Positions 9,607 to 19,107 of a DNA stretch of 64,000 bases are shown here, piece by piece; position 1 is the first letter of the stretch, and each line of letters begins with the position of its first letter. The position numbers were made by a program, and so were the translations under genes. The notes beneath the pieces are model-generated. The model was not told the origin of the DNA. It did not search any database and worked only from the letters and a program-made list of their open reading frames with translations. The stretch lies in NCBI RefSeq assembly GCF_028368995.1, contig NZ_JAQNDL010000004.1:256001-320000 (forward strand), read 5' to 3'. The stretch is from Nannocystis bainbridge. GTDB taxonomy: Bacteria > Myxococcota_A > Polyangia > Nannocystales > Nannocystaceae.

Positions 9607-10683
9607 ATGGCGATCCCCATGAAGCTGCTGCTGCGCCTGCTGTTGTTGCTGGTCCTCGGGCTCGGGCTGTTCGCGGCGTATCTGGCGGTGGCGCCGGCTC
9701 CGATCGATCCGCTGGCGTGGGAGCCGCCGCCGGTGCCGGCGATGTCCGGGCCGCTGGCGCCGAACGAGCGCCTGGCCGGGGCGACGCTGCTGGCCGCGGG
9801 CAAGATCGACGGGCCCGAAGACGTCGAGACCGACGCCGCGGGCCGCGTGTACGGGGGCACCAACGCGGGCGAGGTGCTGCGGCTCGACGGCGACGCGCTC
9901 GAGGTGTTCGCCAACACCGGCGGTCGGCCGCTCGGCCTCGAGTTCGCGCCGTCGGGCGCGCTGATCGTCGCCGACGCGAAGAAGGGCCTGCTGTCGATCG
10001 ACGCCGACGGGCAGGTGTCGACGCTGGTCGACACGGTCGACGGGGTGCGGCTCGGCTTCACCGACGACGTGGCGGTCGCCGCCGACGGGACGATCTTCTT
10101 CACCGACGCGAGCGACAAGTTCGGCTTCGGCGATCACATGCTCGACCTGCTCGAGGCGCGGCCGCACGGGCGCCTCATCAAGTACGACCCGCTGACCAAG
10201 ACCTCGACGGTGCTGGCCAAGGACCTCTACTTCGCCAACGGGGTGGCGCTCAGCGGCGACGAGTCGTTCCTCGCGGTCAACGAGACGTACCGCTACCGGA
10301 TCAGCCGCCACTGGCTCAAGGGCCCCAAGGCCGGCACCACCGACGTGCTGATCGAGGGCCTGCCCGGCTTCCCCGACGGGGTGGCCCAGAGCGGTCGCGG
10401 GACGTTTTGGATCGCGATGTTCACGGTGCGCAACGCGGCCGGCGATTTCCTGGCGCCGCGGCCGTTCCTCAAGCGCATGGTCGCCAACCTGCCGCGCGCG
10501 CTGTGGCCGAAGCCGGAGCCGTACGGGCTGGCGATCGAGATCGACGAGGACGGCAAGGTGCTGCAGAGCCTGCACGACACGGCGGGCGCGTCGGTCTATC
10601 AGGTGACGAGCGTGCACGAGCGCGACGGGGCGCTGTACCTCGGGCACCTGCACCGCGACCGGATCTCGAAGGTCGCGCTGTAG
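9607..10683 (+). CDS. strictosidine synthase-like / SMP-30 family beta-propeller (APMAP-like)
   Basis: N-terminal TM; GPED, GGRPLG, FTDAS, FANGVALS, LPGFPDG motifs. Confidence 0.9.
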   Translation: MAIPMKLLLRLLLLLVLGLGLFAAYLAVAPAPIDPLAWEPPPVPAMSGPLAPNERLAGATLLAAGKIDGPEDVETDAAGRVYGGTNAGEVLRLDGDALEVFANTGGRPLGLEFAPSGALIVADAKKGLLSIDADGQVSTLVDTVDGVRLGFTDDVAVAADGTIFFTDASDKFGFGDHMLDLLEARPHGRLIKYDPLTKTSTVLAKDLYFANGVALSGDESFLAVNETYRYRISRHWLKGPKAGTTDVLIEGLPGFPDGVAQSGRGTFWIAMFTVRNAAGDFLAPRPFLKRMVANLPRALWPKPEPYGLAIEIDEDGKVLQSLHDTAGASVYQVTSVHERDGALYLGHLHRDRISKVAL

Positions 10684-10718
10684 CTCGCGGGCGGCGACCG
10701 GGCGCCGGCTCACGGCGC

Positions 10719-10833
10719 AGCTCGGTCGCGGCGTCCGCGAGCACGCGAGCGGCGAGCTCGGTCGCGGCGTCCGCGAGCACGCGAGCGGCGAGCTCGGTCG
10801 CGGCGTCCGCGAGCACGCGAGCGGCGAGCTCGG
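10719..10833. repeat. perfect 36-bp tandem repeat x3 (plus partial)
   Basis: agctcggtcgcggcgtccgcgagcacgcgagcggcg at 10719, 10755, 10791. Confidence 0.95.
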
Positions 10834-11098
10834 CGGTCGGTGCTCGTGGACCGGCGCCCCCGGGCGGCCGCGCCGTCGCAGCGGCCGGACCGATCGGACA
10901 TGCCGGAGAGGACATGTCGCGGAGGACAGGTTGCGGCAGCGGGCTCGGCCATGGCCGGCTGTCCGCTGCAGGCCGTGCGAGCGTGCTATCGGCGCGAGTC
11001 GAGGCGGAGCGGACGAGGGGGCGCGCCGACGCGAGGAAATGCGAGGCATCGCGGCGGCCCGGGCGGCGGGTCGGGCCGACCCGTGCCAGCCTTGGCGC

Positions 11099-11725
11099 GT
11101 GACCCCGAGACGCTGCTCGTCCGTCCTGCTACTTGTTGCCGCCTGGTCCTGTGCGGCGCTGGCGAGCCCGCGGGCGCTCGCCGCCGACGGCCTGTCCGGC
11201 GTGGGGGGGCGCGTCGACACGCTGGTGAACAAGCAGGAGGGCCTGCGCGCGACCGGGGTGTACCTGCACCTGTCGCCGGCGCTCGGCTTCGACGTGCGCG
11301 CGCCGAGCTTTCGCGTGTACGGCTGGGGCGTCGGCGTGGGCCGCTACTGGACCCTGCGCAAGCGGCTGGCGCTGGCCTTCGGCGGCTTCTTCGAGCACTT
11401 GCTGTGGGTCAATACGATGAGCTCCGGGGCCAGCTGGAGCCCGAGCACGCTCAACTTCGTGCGCTTCGGCCCGGAGCTGCGGGTCGGCGCCAGCAACGAG
11501 CGGGTGTTCGCCTACGGGCTGGCCCGCGTGGGCCTCGATCTGTCGATCTCGACGCCGGCGGCTTCGGTGGCGCGCATGTTCCTCGCCGAGGCCGGCGTCG
11601 GCCTGCAGGGCGCGCCGGGCAAGGGGCGGCGGCTGCTGCTCGGGGTCGAGCCGACGTTCGACGTGTCGGTGCCGAACCCGTGGCTGCTGTTTCGCGTGCG
11701 GGCGATCGTCGGCGTGCGCTTCTGA
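11099..11725 (+). CDS. secreted/outer-membrane beta-barrel-like protein
   Basis: Signal-peptide-like N-terminus from GTG 11099, alternating beta-strand pattern, C-terminal Phe (VGVRF); start uncertain. Confidence 0.65.
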   Translation: MTPRRCSSVLLLVAAWSCAALASPRALAADGLSGVGGRVDTLVNKQEGLRATGVYLHLSPALGFDVRAPSFRVYGWGVGVGRYWTLRKRLALAFGGFFEHLLWVNTMSSGASWSPSTLNFVRFGPELRVGASNERVFAYGLARVGLDLSISTPAASVARMFLAEAGVGLQGAPGKGRRLLLGVEPTFDVSVPNPWLLFRVRAIVGVRF

Positions 11726-11740
11726 CAGCGAGTGCGTGAC

Positions 11741-11818
11741 GGCTCGATCCGCCGCTCCTGGATCGAGGTCGACCTCCGCCACGCCCCGCCGACGAAGCGG
11801 CCTTTCGACTCGCATCGG
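11741..11818. repeat. dispersed intergenic repeat shared with 60981-61066
   Basis: TTCGACTCGCATCGG at 11804 and 60981; 11741-11771 is a near inverted copy of 61036-61066. Confidence 0.7.
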
Positions 11819-11860
11819 CCCACGTGAAATTGCTGCGAGATCGCCGGGCCGCGGGCGCGA

Positions 11861-12394
11861 TCATTCGCCGAACCAAAACTCGCACGCGTGCGATTCGCCG
11901 GCGCGCTCGGGGGTGAAGCCGAGGACCGCGGCGAAGGCTTCGCCGCGCCAGGACGGCCACACGGCGGCGGCCCATCCGTCGTCGACGGCGAACAGCGCGA
12001 GGCCGGCGGAGAAGTCGGAGGACGCGTCGAACTCCTCGTCGAGCTGCTCGTGGGTGAAGCGCAGGTCGGCGACGATCCATTCGGCGCCGCCGAACCAGCG
12101 GCCGCTCGCCCGGGCGTTCCAGGTGCCGAGCAGCGGGGCGAACACCGGCAGGCGCGCGAGCCGGCGCGCATCGGTGAGCACGCCGGGCGGCGGCGCATCG
12201 AGCTCGGCGAGGGCGCAGTGCGGGGGAGGCCGGGGCCAGGTGTCGAGCGGCCCGAGGCCGAAGGCCCGGCGCGCGCCGTCCAGCGGCTGCGCGGGCGGCT
12301 GACGCCCGATCAGGGCCGAGAACGCGGCGAGGCAGGTGGCGAAGGGCCGCACCGCGAAGGTGGCGGCGAGCGGGGCAGGGTCGAGGGTCGTCAT
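11861..12394 (-). CDS. hypothetical protein
   Basis: MTTLDPAP... coding-like composition, Trp/Phe-rich C-terminus. Confidence 0.6.
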   Translation of the reverse strand: MTTLDPAPLAATFAVRPFATCLAAFSALIGRQPPAQPLDGARRAFGLGPLDTWPRPPPHCALAELDAPPPGVLTDARRLARLPVFAPLLGTWNARASGRWFGGAEWIVADLRFTHEQLDEEFDASSDFSAGLALFAVDDGWAAAVWPSWRGEAFAAVLGFTPERAGESHACEFWFGE

Positions 12395-12599
12395 GGCGAT
12401 CTTCGCGGGCCGCGGGTCGGCCGCGTCCCCTGCAATGCTCGCAGGCGGGCGGTCGCATCGGTGCGAGCCATGATTGCAGATCTGCGACGGGCCCGTCCTG
12501 CTCGCTGGGCGATCACGGGCGGACGGACCGCCGCGATTGTCGTCTGCCGCTCGCTGGACGGGGTATTGCCTGCGGCCATAGTTGCGGGACGAGGTGACC

Positions 12600-12962
12600 A
12601 TGATGTTGCAGATGTTGCTGAGTGCATTGTTGACAGTGCTGGCGGGGCCCGCCGACGAGGTGGCGGCCGAGCCCGAGGCGGCGGCCGAGCCCGGCGAGGC
12701 GCTCTCGGAGGCGCCGAACGCGACGCGCACGTGGGAGTGCGTGGTCGGGGACGAGGACGGCGCGGTCTCGACGTTCGGCGAGGGCGAGGTCCAGATCTAC
12801 TGTCTGGCCTACTGTGAGGGGTTCGAGGAGTACCGGCGCGCGTGGCGGTACCCGGTCGATCCGGTCGACAAGCCGTCCGGATGGTGCCGCAGCAAGGCGA
12901 ATCGATACTGCCACCGCTACAACCTCGACTACGGCGATTCTTGCTACGGCGAGAATTATTGA
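12600..12962 (+). CDS. small secreted Cys-rich protein
   Basis: GAGGTG RBS, signal peptide MMLQMLLSALLTVLAG, six Cys. Confidence 0.75.
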   Translation: MMLQMLLSALLTVLAGPADEVAAEPEAAAEPGEALSEAPNATRTWECVVGDEDGAVSTFGEGEVQIYCLAYCEGFEEYRRAWRYPVDPVDKPSGWCRSKANRYCHRYNLDYGDSCYGENY

Positions 12963-13065
12963 CGGGAGTCGCCCGGGCGGCCGTCAGGGCGTGCCGCCCT
13001 GGCGGGCGACTGTCATGATATGTCCTCGAGGACATGCAGCCGGGGTCGGTGCGCGCCCGGGTGAG

Positions 13066-13090
13066 GATGTCCTTCGGGACATCTTTTTTT
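13066..13090 (+). terminator. intrinsic terminator with cUUCGg tetraloop
   Basis: GATGTCC-TTCG-GGACATC followed by T7, about 100 nt after stop of 12600-12962. Confidence 0.75.
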
Positions 13091-13120
13091 CATCGGGGCG
13101 CTGCGACGGCGCCGGGTTGA

Positions 13121-13143
13121 GATGTCCTTCGGGACATTTTTTT
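13121..13143 (+). terminator. second tandem intrinsic terminator
   Basis: ATGTCC-TTCG-GGACAT followed by T run. Confidence 0.7.
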
Positions 13144-13263
13144 GCGAGCGGGGCGCTGCGACGGCGCGGGCTGGATGTCCTTCGGGATGTCTTTTGCGAT
13201 CGGACGCTGCGACGGCGCAGGCTGGATGACCCGGAGGACATGTCTTGACGCACCCGGGCGGCG

Positions 13264-14421
13264 TCAGGGCGAGGACGGCGTCGCGCTCACGACGAGGCGG
13301 CGCATGTCGTCGCCGAAGGCGGCGTGGAGGCGGGCCTCGAGGGTCGGGCCGGGCGGCAGGGCGATCTCGAGGGTCTCGTCGAGGCCGGCGAAGCCGCACG
13401 CTTCGCCCCTGCCCGAGTGGTAGCGGAGGTTGACGGCGAGGGCGAGCTCGGCGGACGCGTCGGACGGGCGCGGGGCGAGCACGAGGGTGTGGCAGCGCGC
13501 ACCGGGCCGGACCGGGCAGCTCGCTTGCAGGTGGCTGACGGCGTCGAAGAGCCGGGCCGCGCGCGGGGCGGCGCGCCGCAGCTCGGCGTCGGTCGGGTAC
13601 TCGGTGTGCGCGCGCGGGCCGGGGCGGTTGCGCAGCGAGCGGCCGAGGAGCCCGAGCGAGGCGATGCCGACGACGACGCCGCTGACGACGCCGACGACGT
13701 GAAGCGCCGACTCGACGGCGCCCGGCCCGACGGTGCGAGAGCCTGGCAGCCGCTCGCCGAACACCGCGGCGAGCTGCGGCAGGTCGGCCGGCTGCAGCGC
13801 GACGCGCTTTTGGGCCTGGGCGGCGAGCAGCGGCGAAGCGCCCGATGGGTCGGCGGTGGTCGGGCCCGTGGACGTGTCGCGCATCGCGTCGGTGGTCGGG
13901 CCGATGGACGGGTCGCCCTTCGGTTCGGTGGTCGGGCCGCCCTTCGCATCGGCGGGGGTCGAGCCTGGCGGTGCGTGATTCGTGGTAGCGACGGCGGCCG
14001 ACGAATCACTGGTCGCGTCGGCGGGGGTCGGGCCCGGGGGGGTCGCGTTCGTCGGCGTGGGTTCGCCGGCAGCGTTCGGCGTGGCGCCGAACGGGCGATC
14101 GCTGCGCAGGGTGAAGCTCGCGGTGAAGTAGTCGAGCGGGATGGTGTTCGAGTCGTGGGTGATCCGCAGCAAGACGAACCGCTGCAGCTCGGGGGCGTCG
14201 TCGCCGAGGGCGGCGACGAGCTGCGCGTGCGGGACGGCGGCGACGTGGACGGCGGGGTCGAGCGCTTCGCGGATGACCTTTGCGACCTGTCCTTCGGGGA
14301 AGGCGCCCTCGCGCGCGCCGCAGATCGCCTCGCCGTAGTGGTGCCCGCGTTCGAGCTGCGCGAGCGAGGGGCCGCAGGCGAGCGCGGGGACGAGGGCGAG
14401 CGAGGTGGCGCGGCGCAGCAT
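13264..14421 (-). CDS. lipoprotein with internal Pro/Thr-rich insertion
   Basis: MLRRATSLALVPALAC lipobox; starts 5 nt after upstream stop. Confidence 0.7.
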   Translation of the reverse strand: MLRRATSLALVPALACGPSLAQLERGHHYGEAICGAREGAFPEGQVAKVIREALDPAVHVAAVPHAQLVAALGDDAPELQRFVLLRITHDSNTIPLDYFTASFTLRSDRPFGATPNAAGEPTPTNATPPGPTPADATSDSSAAVATTNHAPPGSTPADAKGGPTTEPKGDPSIGPTTDAMRDTSTGPTTADPSGASPLLAAQAQKRVALQPADLPQLAAVFGERLPGSRTVGPGAVESALHVVGVVSGVVVGIASLGLLGRSLRNRPGPRAHTEYPTDAELRRAAPRAARLFDAVSHLQASCPVRPGARCHTLVLAPRPSDASAELALAVNLRYHSGRGEACGFAGLDETLEIALPPGPTLEARLHAAFGDDMRRLVVSATPSSP

Positions 14422-14426
14422 GGCGA

Positions 14427-15032
14427 TCACCTGGCCTTGAAGATCCGGATCAGGTCCATGCCGAACATCAGCCGCAGCTCGTGGCGGGGGCCGGTCGGGA
14501 GGTCGAGGTATTGATGGGCGATCTCGGGCACGAGGCCGAGGCGGCCGACGTCGAGCAGCAGCGAGGTGCGCACGCCCAGGACGAGCTGGCGCTCGGCGGC
14601 GCCGACGACGAGCGCCGGGACGACCGCGATGCCGGCGTCGTCCTTGCCGATGAAGCCGAGGCCGAGGCCGGCGAGCAGGAGGTGCTCGCGGGTGAATTTG
14701 CCGGCGCCGAGGCTGTAGCCGATCGTGGGGAACAGAGCGGCCTGGTTGCGGCCGCGATGGAGGCCGGCGCGGGCGAACAGGAGGCCGTCGAGGGCGAAGT
14801 GGGCGGTGTCGCTGCGCTGGCCGGCGAGCCGCGCGCCGAGGCCGAGGCCGAGCCGGAAGCCGAGCGAGACGCGCCGCCTGGAGAGGCCGTAGTAGGGCCG
14901 GCGCGGGGCTTCGGTGAGGGTGACCCGAGGGACAGGTCGCGGCTCGGGCAGGTCGATGCGCGCGGGCGCAGCGGGCGAGGGGTCGGCCGGTGCAGCCGCG
15001 ACGACGACGGCCAGGAGCTGCGCCGCGAACAT
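14427..15032 (-). CDS. secreted beta-strand-rich (outer-membrane-like) hypothetical protein
   Basis: Signal peptide MFAAQLLAVVVAAAPA, amphipathic strands. Confidence 0.65.
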   Translation of the reverse strand: MFAAQLLAVVVAAAPADPSPAAPARIDLPEPRPVPRVTLTEAPRRPYYGLSRRRVSLGFRLGLGLGARLAGQRSDTAHFALDGLLFARAGLHRGRNQAALFPTIGYSLGAGKFTREHLLLAGLGLGFIGKDDAGIAVVPALVVGAAERQLVLGVRTSLLLDVGRLGLVPEIAHQYLDLPTGPRHELRLMFGMDLIRIFKAR

Positions 15033-15081
15033 GCGGCGACACTACCACGGCGGGTCGCGGCCGGCGCCGCCGGTCGCCGGC

Positions 15082-17016
15082 TCAGCGGGCGGGCAGCTGG
15101 GCGGCGGGGGTCGGGCTCGACCTGGGGCGGCGCACCGATGGCAGACGATCGGCGGCGAGCCAGCGCCGGAGGTACTTGGCCATCAGCAGGCGATCGATCG
15201 GGGGGAACTCGATGTCGCTGCCCGACAGCGCCCAGGCGGCGTTGGCGACGTCATAGACCGGCGTGTCCTCGTGGAGCTCCCAGCGGGTCAGCTCGTCCTT
15301 GTAGACGCGCTCGGACAGCATCGGCAGCAGCGGATAGAGCGGGTTGTCGCGCTCGCGGCAGTCCTGGATCACGCGGTCCAGCCATTGATGGTAGGGCCAG
15401 CGCGACAGGCGGTAGCCGAAGCTGGCGACCAGGGCGAAGAAATCATTGATGTCGACCGAGAGCCGCGGGTCGCTCGGGAGCAAATGGTGGGCGCGGTTTT
15501 GATGCCCAGGCTGGCCGGCGATATGCAGGATCGCGCGGCTCACCTGATCGACCGGCACGAACTCCATGCGCTGACGCGGGAGGTCCGGGAAGGCGCCGAG
15601 CTGGATCGCGCCGCGCACCAGGCGGCCCATGAAGTCCTCGGGGTTGCCGGCGCCGGTCCGGCTGTCGCCGACGACGAGCCCGGGGCGGTACACCGTGACC
15701 GGCAGGCCCGCGCGCGCGGCCTCCCACACCATCGCCTCGGCGACCCACTTGCTGGCGGCGTGGCCGAAATCGAAGCTCAGGAGCTGCAGGTAGTCGTCGA
15801 GGTCGTCGTCCTCGTGCACGCGCGCGGCGCCACCGAAGAAGCCGCTCGGCCCGAACACGGCGATCGAGGACACGTGGTGCAGCGGCTTGGGCACGCCGGT
15901 GGCGGCCAGGCGCAGCACCTCGGCGGTGCCGCCGACGTTGGTCGCGCGGTGGCTCAGGTAGGGCTCGACGAAGTTGAGGTGGTCGCCGGCGTGGAACACG
16001 GCGTCGACGGTGTAGGCGAGCGCCTCGAAGCTGGCGGCGTCGAGGCCGAAGCGCGGCCGCCGGAGGTCGCCGGGCACGACGCGGATCCGCCGGGCGAACG
16101 ACTCGTGCCACAGGCCGTAGCGGGCGAGGGCCTGGCGCAGTCGCAGCATTCCGACCTGCAGGTTGTCGCCGCGCACCAGACAATGCACACAGGCGGTGGT
16201 GGTGGTGAGCAGGTCCCGCAGCATGAACGAGCCGAGGAAGCCGGTCGCGCCGGTGAGGAACACCTCGCCGGTCCGCCAGGCGTCGACCGCCGCGCGGGCC
16301 CGTTCGGCGGTGCCCGCGAGCGTGGCGCGGATGTCGGCCGGCAGGCGCGCGTCGGCCAGCCAGCGCTCGGGACCCGTGCCGCTCAGCGCGTCCTCGCCGC
16401 GCTGCGCCCGCTGCACCACCGCCGCGCACGCGCGCAGCGTGCGGGCCTCGTAGAGCGCGTGGACCGGGAACTGGACCCGGTAGGCCGCGGCGATGGCGAG
16501 GACCAGGCGCGCGGCCTTGAGCGAGTCGCCGCCGAGGTCGAAGAAATCGTCGTCGGGCAGGACCACGGCGACCCCGAGAGCCTCGGCCCACAGCGTCGCC
16601 AATTGCGCCGCGAGCGGGTCGTAGGTGGCCGCGATCATCGCCGTGGAGCTGAACATGCCCGACTGCGGCTGACCCTCGACGAGGGCCCGGCGATCGACCG
16701 CGCCGGCCGCGTCGAGCGGGAGCGCGTCGAGCAGGACGAACCGCGAGGGCTGCGGGCAGCCCGGGAGCTCGGCCTGCAAGCGCTCGAGCAGCGCGGTCGG
16801 GCGGAAATCGGCGGGCGTGGCCGGGACGAGGTGGGCGACGAGGATCGGGCCGCCGTGGGCCCCGTCGTGGACGGTCACGGCGGCGGCGGCGAGCAGACCG
16901 CTGGCGAGCAGCACGGTCTCGATCGCGTCGAGCAGGACGCGAGGGTCGTCGAATTCGAGGCGATCGGAGGCCGAACGCCAGACCGCTTCGATGGAATTAT
17001 CGCTCGACCTCGTCAT
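15082..17016 (-). CDS. stand-alone NRPS-like protein: degenerate A-domain C-subdomain, PCP, thioester reductase (R) domain
   Basis: DDFFDLGGDSL phosphopantetheine site; TGATGFLG NAD(P) motif; GDLRRPRFGL, HHVSS, YRPG; start at ATG 17016 inferred. Confidence 0.88.
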   Translation of the reverse strand: MTRSSDNSIEAVWRSASDRLEFDDPRVLLDAIETVLLASGLLAAAAVTVHDGAHGGPILVAHLVPATPADFRPTALLERLQAELPGCPQPSRFVLLDALPLDAAGAVDRRALVEGQPQSGMFSSTAMIAATYDPLAAQLATLWAEALGVAVVLPDDDFFDLGGDSLKAARLVLAIAAAYRVQFPVHALYEARTLRACAAVVQRAQRGEDALSGTGPERWLADARLPADIRATLAGTAERARAAVDAWRTGEVFLTGATGFLGSFMLRDLLTTTTACVHCLVRGDNLQVGMLRLRQALARYGLWHESFARRIRVVPGDLRRPRFGLDAASFEALAYTVDAVFHAGDHLNFVEPYLSHRATNVGGTAEVLRLAATGVPKPLHHVSSIAVFGPSGFFGGAARVHEDDDLDDYLQLLSFDFGHAASKWVAEAMVWEAARAGLPVTVYRPGLVVGDSRTGAGNPEDFMGRLVRGAIQLGAFPDLPRQRMEFVPVDQVSRAILHIAGQPGHQNRAHHLLPSDPRLSVDINDFFALVASFGYRLSRWPYHQWLDRVIQDCRERDNPLYPLLPMLSERVYKDELTRWELHEDTPVYDVANAAWALSGSDIEFPPIDRLLMAKYLRRWLAADRLPSVRRPRSSPTPAAQLPAR

Positions 17017-17547
17017 CGTCGTCCTCCTCGCGCCGGGGAGCCGGAGCGGCCGTGAAGGTGTTGGCAATGCGCGTCCAGACGCCGCGGGGAGCGGCGGGGG
17101 CTGCGCTGATCTTCGAGCTGACTATGATGATACACGTCCGTTTGAATATTGGTAGACACAAATTGCCGTGGCGCGGCGAAACAGCCCTGCCACCGCCACC
17201 CCGGTGTGGGTGCGCCGCCCGCGACCGTGCATGGCGATGATTCGTCATTGGCCACACCGGCGCACCCACGCTGTCACAGGCTTCGACCGAGGCCTCTTCC
17301 GTGGGACGCGAGGACGATGGACCCCAATCACGCCGGTGCGAGGCGCCCGCGCCGCGCGGACCCCCGGGCGCCGCCGGAGGTGCTGACGCGTGGATTGGTA
17401 GAATGTCCCGAAGGACAGGCGACGCGGGCCGCGATTTCGCCCGCGCAATTGAACCTCGACCGGTGACCCCGGTTCAACAGCGGCGCCGCGTGCTGCGATT
17501 CGCCGCGAAGAACGATGTGCGTCCGCGGCGAATCGTCGATATCGTAT

Positions 17548-19107
17548 TCACTGCAGGCGGATCAGCCGGATGTCTTCCTCGCCGACGTTGACCCACACGA
17601 GCGCGTGGATGTCGGGGAAGTACTCGAGCTTGGTCTCGGTGTTCCAGTTGACCTCGACGGGATAATCACCCGCGATCTCGGCGCGCTCGAGCGTCCAGGT
17701 GGCCTCGTCGATCCAGGCCCACAGCATGCCCTCGCCGATGGGATAGAAGTTGGTGAGGTACCGGCCGGTCTCGGCGATGTGGGCGAGGGTGCCGCCGTCG
17801 GAGCCGCCCTGCGGATCGAACATCAGCCCCTCGGTCGAAGGGCCGTAGGTGAGCTCCTGGTAGGTGACCTCGCGGGTGTCGAGATCGGTGAGGAGCATGG
17901 TGTGCGGCCGGCCGCCCTCGTACACGAGCGAGTGGAGGGCCTGACCGCGCTGATCCTGGGCGGTGCTGAGCGCTCCCCATCCGCCGATCGGGTAGCCGCC
18001 CTCCCAGCGGAATTCGCCGCCTCCGGCGAGCACCGACCACGTCTGTGATTGATTGTAGTTCTGCGTGGCCGCGACGTAGTAACGACCCTCGGCGGCGTTC
18101 CACCAGCCGTTCATGTTCTCGCCGGTGTAGCCGGTCTCCCCCGAGTAGTCGGCGGCGGCGTCGAACGGGAATTTGGGCAGGGACCAGGTCGCGGTGGCGA
18201 TGTCGTACTCCCAGTAACGGCGACAACCCATGAGGATCTTGCCGGCGTCGCCGAGCTCGGGGACGAACACGGTCGAACCATAGGTGTGGCGCGAGGTCGG
18301 GGTGCGGGTGGAGATGTCCGGGTTTTCGGGGTCGAAGAACTCGTCGCTGTACACGCCCTCGAGGTTGGCAGGGTCGTTCTCGTAGTAGGCGATGGCGGGG
18401 TTGAAGTTGGTGAAGCTGGCGCTGTACTCGGCGGGCCACTTGCTGCTGTCGCTGGGCAAGCGCTCGATGCTCCACTTCATGGCCCGTACGTCGAGCTTGT
18501 ACACGCCGTCGTTGGACGAGCCGTCGTGGCCGCCGCCGACGGTGACCCAGCCGCGCTCGCTGCCCTTGCGCGTGTCCCAGGCCATGCCGACCCAGTCGGC
18601 GAGCACGCCGTTCCAATCCTCGTTGCCGCGGTCCTCCCAGCCGGGGATGGCGGCCTTGACCTCGGCGTCGAGGGCGTCGAGCCGGGTGCCGACGACGCGG
18701 ACCCACCGGTTGAGCGGGACGGTCTGCCACGAGACGCAATTGACGCGGCCGTCGCGGTCGCGCCCGGGGGTCCAGGCGTCGCCGTCGAGGTCGCCGACGT
18801 CGTCGCCGAGGCCCCAGGCGCTGTCGACCTCCCCGTCGCAATCGAAGCCGGGCACGCCGGTGGTGCCGGTGGTCGGCTCGGGGCCGGTGGTCGGGGTGTC
18901 GGTGGTGGCGGCGCTCGTGGTGGTGCCGGTGGTGCCGGTGGTGCCGGTGGTGCCGGTGGGGAGTGGGTCCGCGGTCTCGCTGCCACCGCTGGTGCTGGCG
19001 GTCGAGGTGGCGTCGGTGCTGGCGGTGGTGGCACCACCGCCGCCGTTGCACGCGGCCGTCAATCCGAGGACCAGGCTCCACGCGCGTCGCGATGTTTCAT
19101 GGTTCAT
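17548..19107 (-). CDS. lipoprotein with Thr-rich linker and probable beta-propeller (Kelch-like) domain
   Basis: LTAAC lipobox; GTTGTT linker; GGGHDGSSNDGVYKLD, PTSRHTYG motifs. Confidence 0.75.
   Translation of the reverse strand: MNHETSRRAWSLVLGLTAACNGGGGATTASTDATSTASTSGGSETADPLPTGTTGTTGTTGTTTSAATTDTPTTGPEPTTGTTGVPGFDCDGEVDSAWGLGDDVGDLDGDAWTPGRDRDGRVNCVSWQTVPLNRWVRVVGTRLDALDAEVKAAIPGWEDRGNEDWNGVLADWVGMAWDTRKGSERGWVTVGGGHDGSSNDGVYKLDVRAMKWSIERLPSDSSKWPAEYSASFTNFNPAIAYYENDPANLEGVYSDEFFDPENPDISTRTPTSRHTYGSTVFVPELGDAGKILMGCRRYWEYDIATATWSLPKFPFDAAADYSGETGYTGENMNGWWNAAEGRYYVAATQNYNQSQTWSVLAGGGEFRWEGGYPIGGWGALSTAQDQRGQALHSLVYEGGRPHTMLLTDLDTREVTYQELTYGPSTEGLMFDPQGGSDGGTLAHIAETGRYLTNFYPIGEGMLWAWIDEATWTLERAEIAGDYPVEVNWNTETKLEYFPDIHALVWVNVGEEDIRLIRLQ

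Larger units (their letters stand above)
13066..13245. repeat. ~53-bp tandem repeat, 3 copies plus a partial
   Basis: Units start 13066, 13121, 13174, 13225; shared GATGTCCTTCGGGA and CGCTGCGACGGCGC. Confidence 0.9.

Noticed and set aside
9607-10683. Alkaloid (strictosidine) biosynthesis
   Set aside because: Bacterial members of this family are generally hydrolase-like APMAP homologs; no pathway context
13019-13245. Mini-CRISPR
   Set aside because: Inter-hairpin segments are near copies of one another, so this is a tandem repeat
15082-17016. NRPS biosynthetic gene cluster
   Set aside because: No C domain, complete A domain, PKS, PPTase or tailoring genes nearby
17017-17547. Riboswitch or small ORFs upstream of the PCP-R gene
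   Set aside because: Only an AT-richer promoter-like patch and one 14-bp doublet; no recognisable aptamer or coding signal
18860-19030. GGTGGTGCC-type microsatellites (also 30470-30730, 44210-44340, 61520-61630)
   Set aside because: In-frame Thr/Gly linkers of lipoproteins, explained by protein sequence
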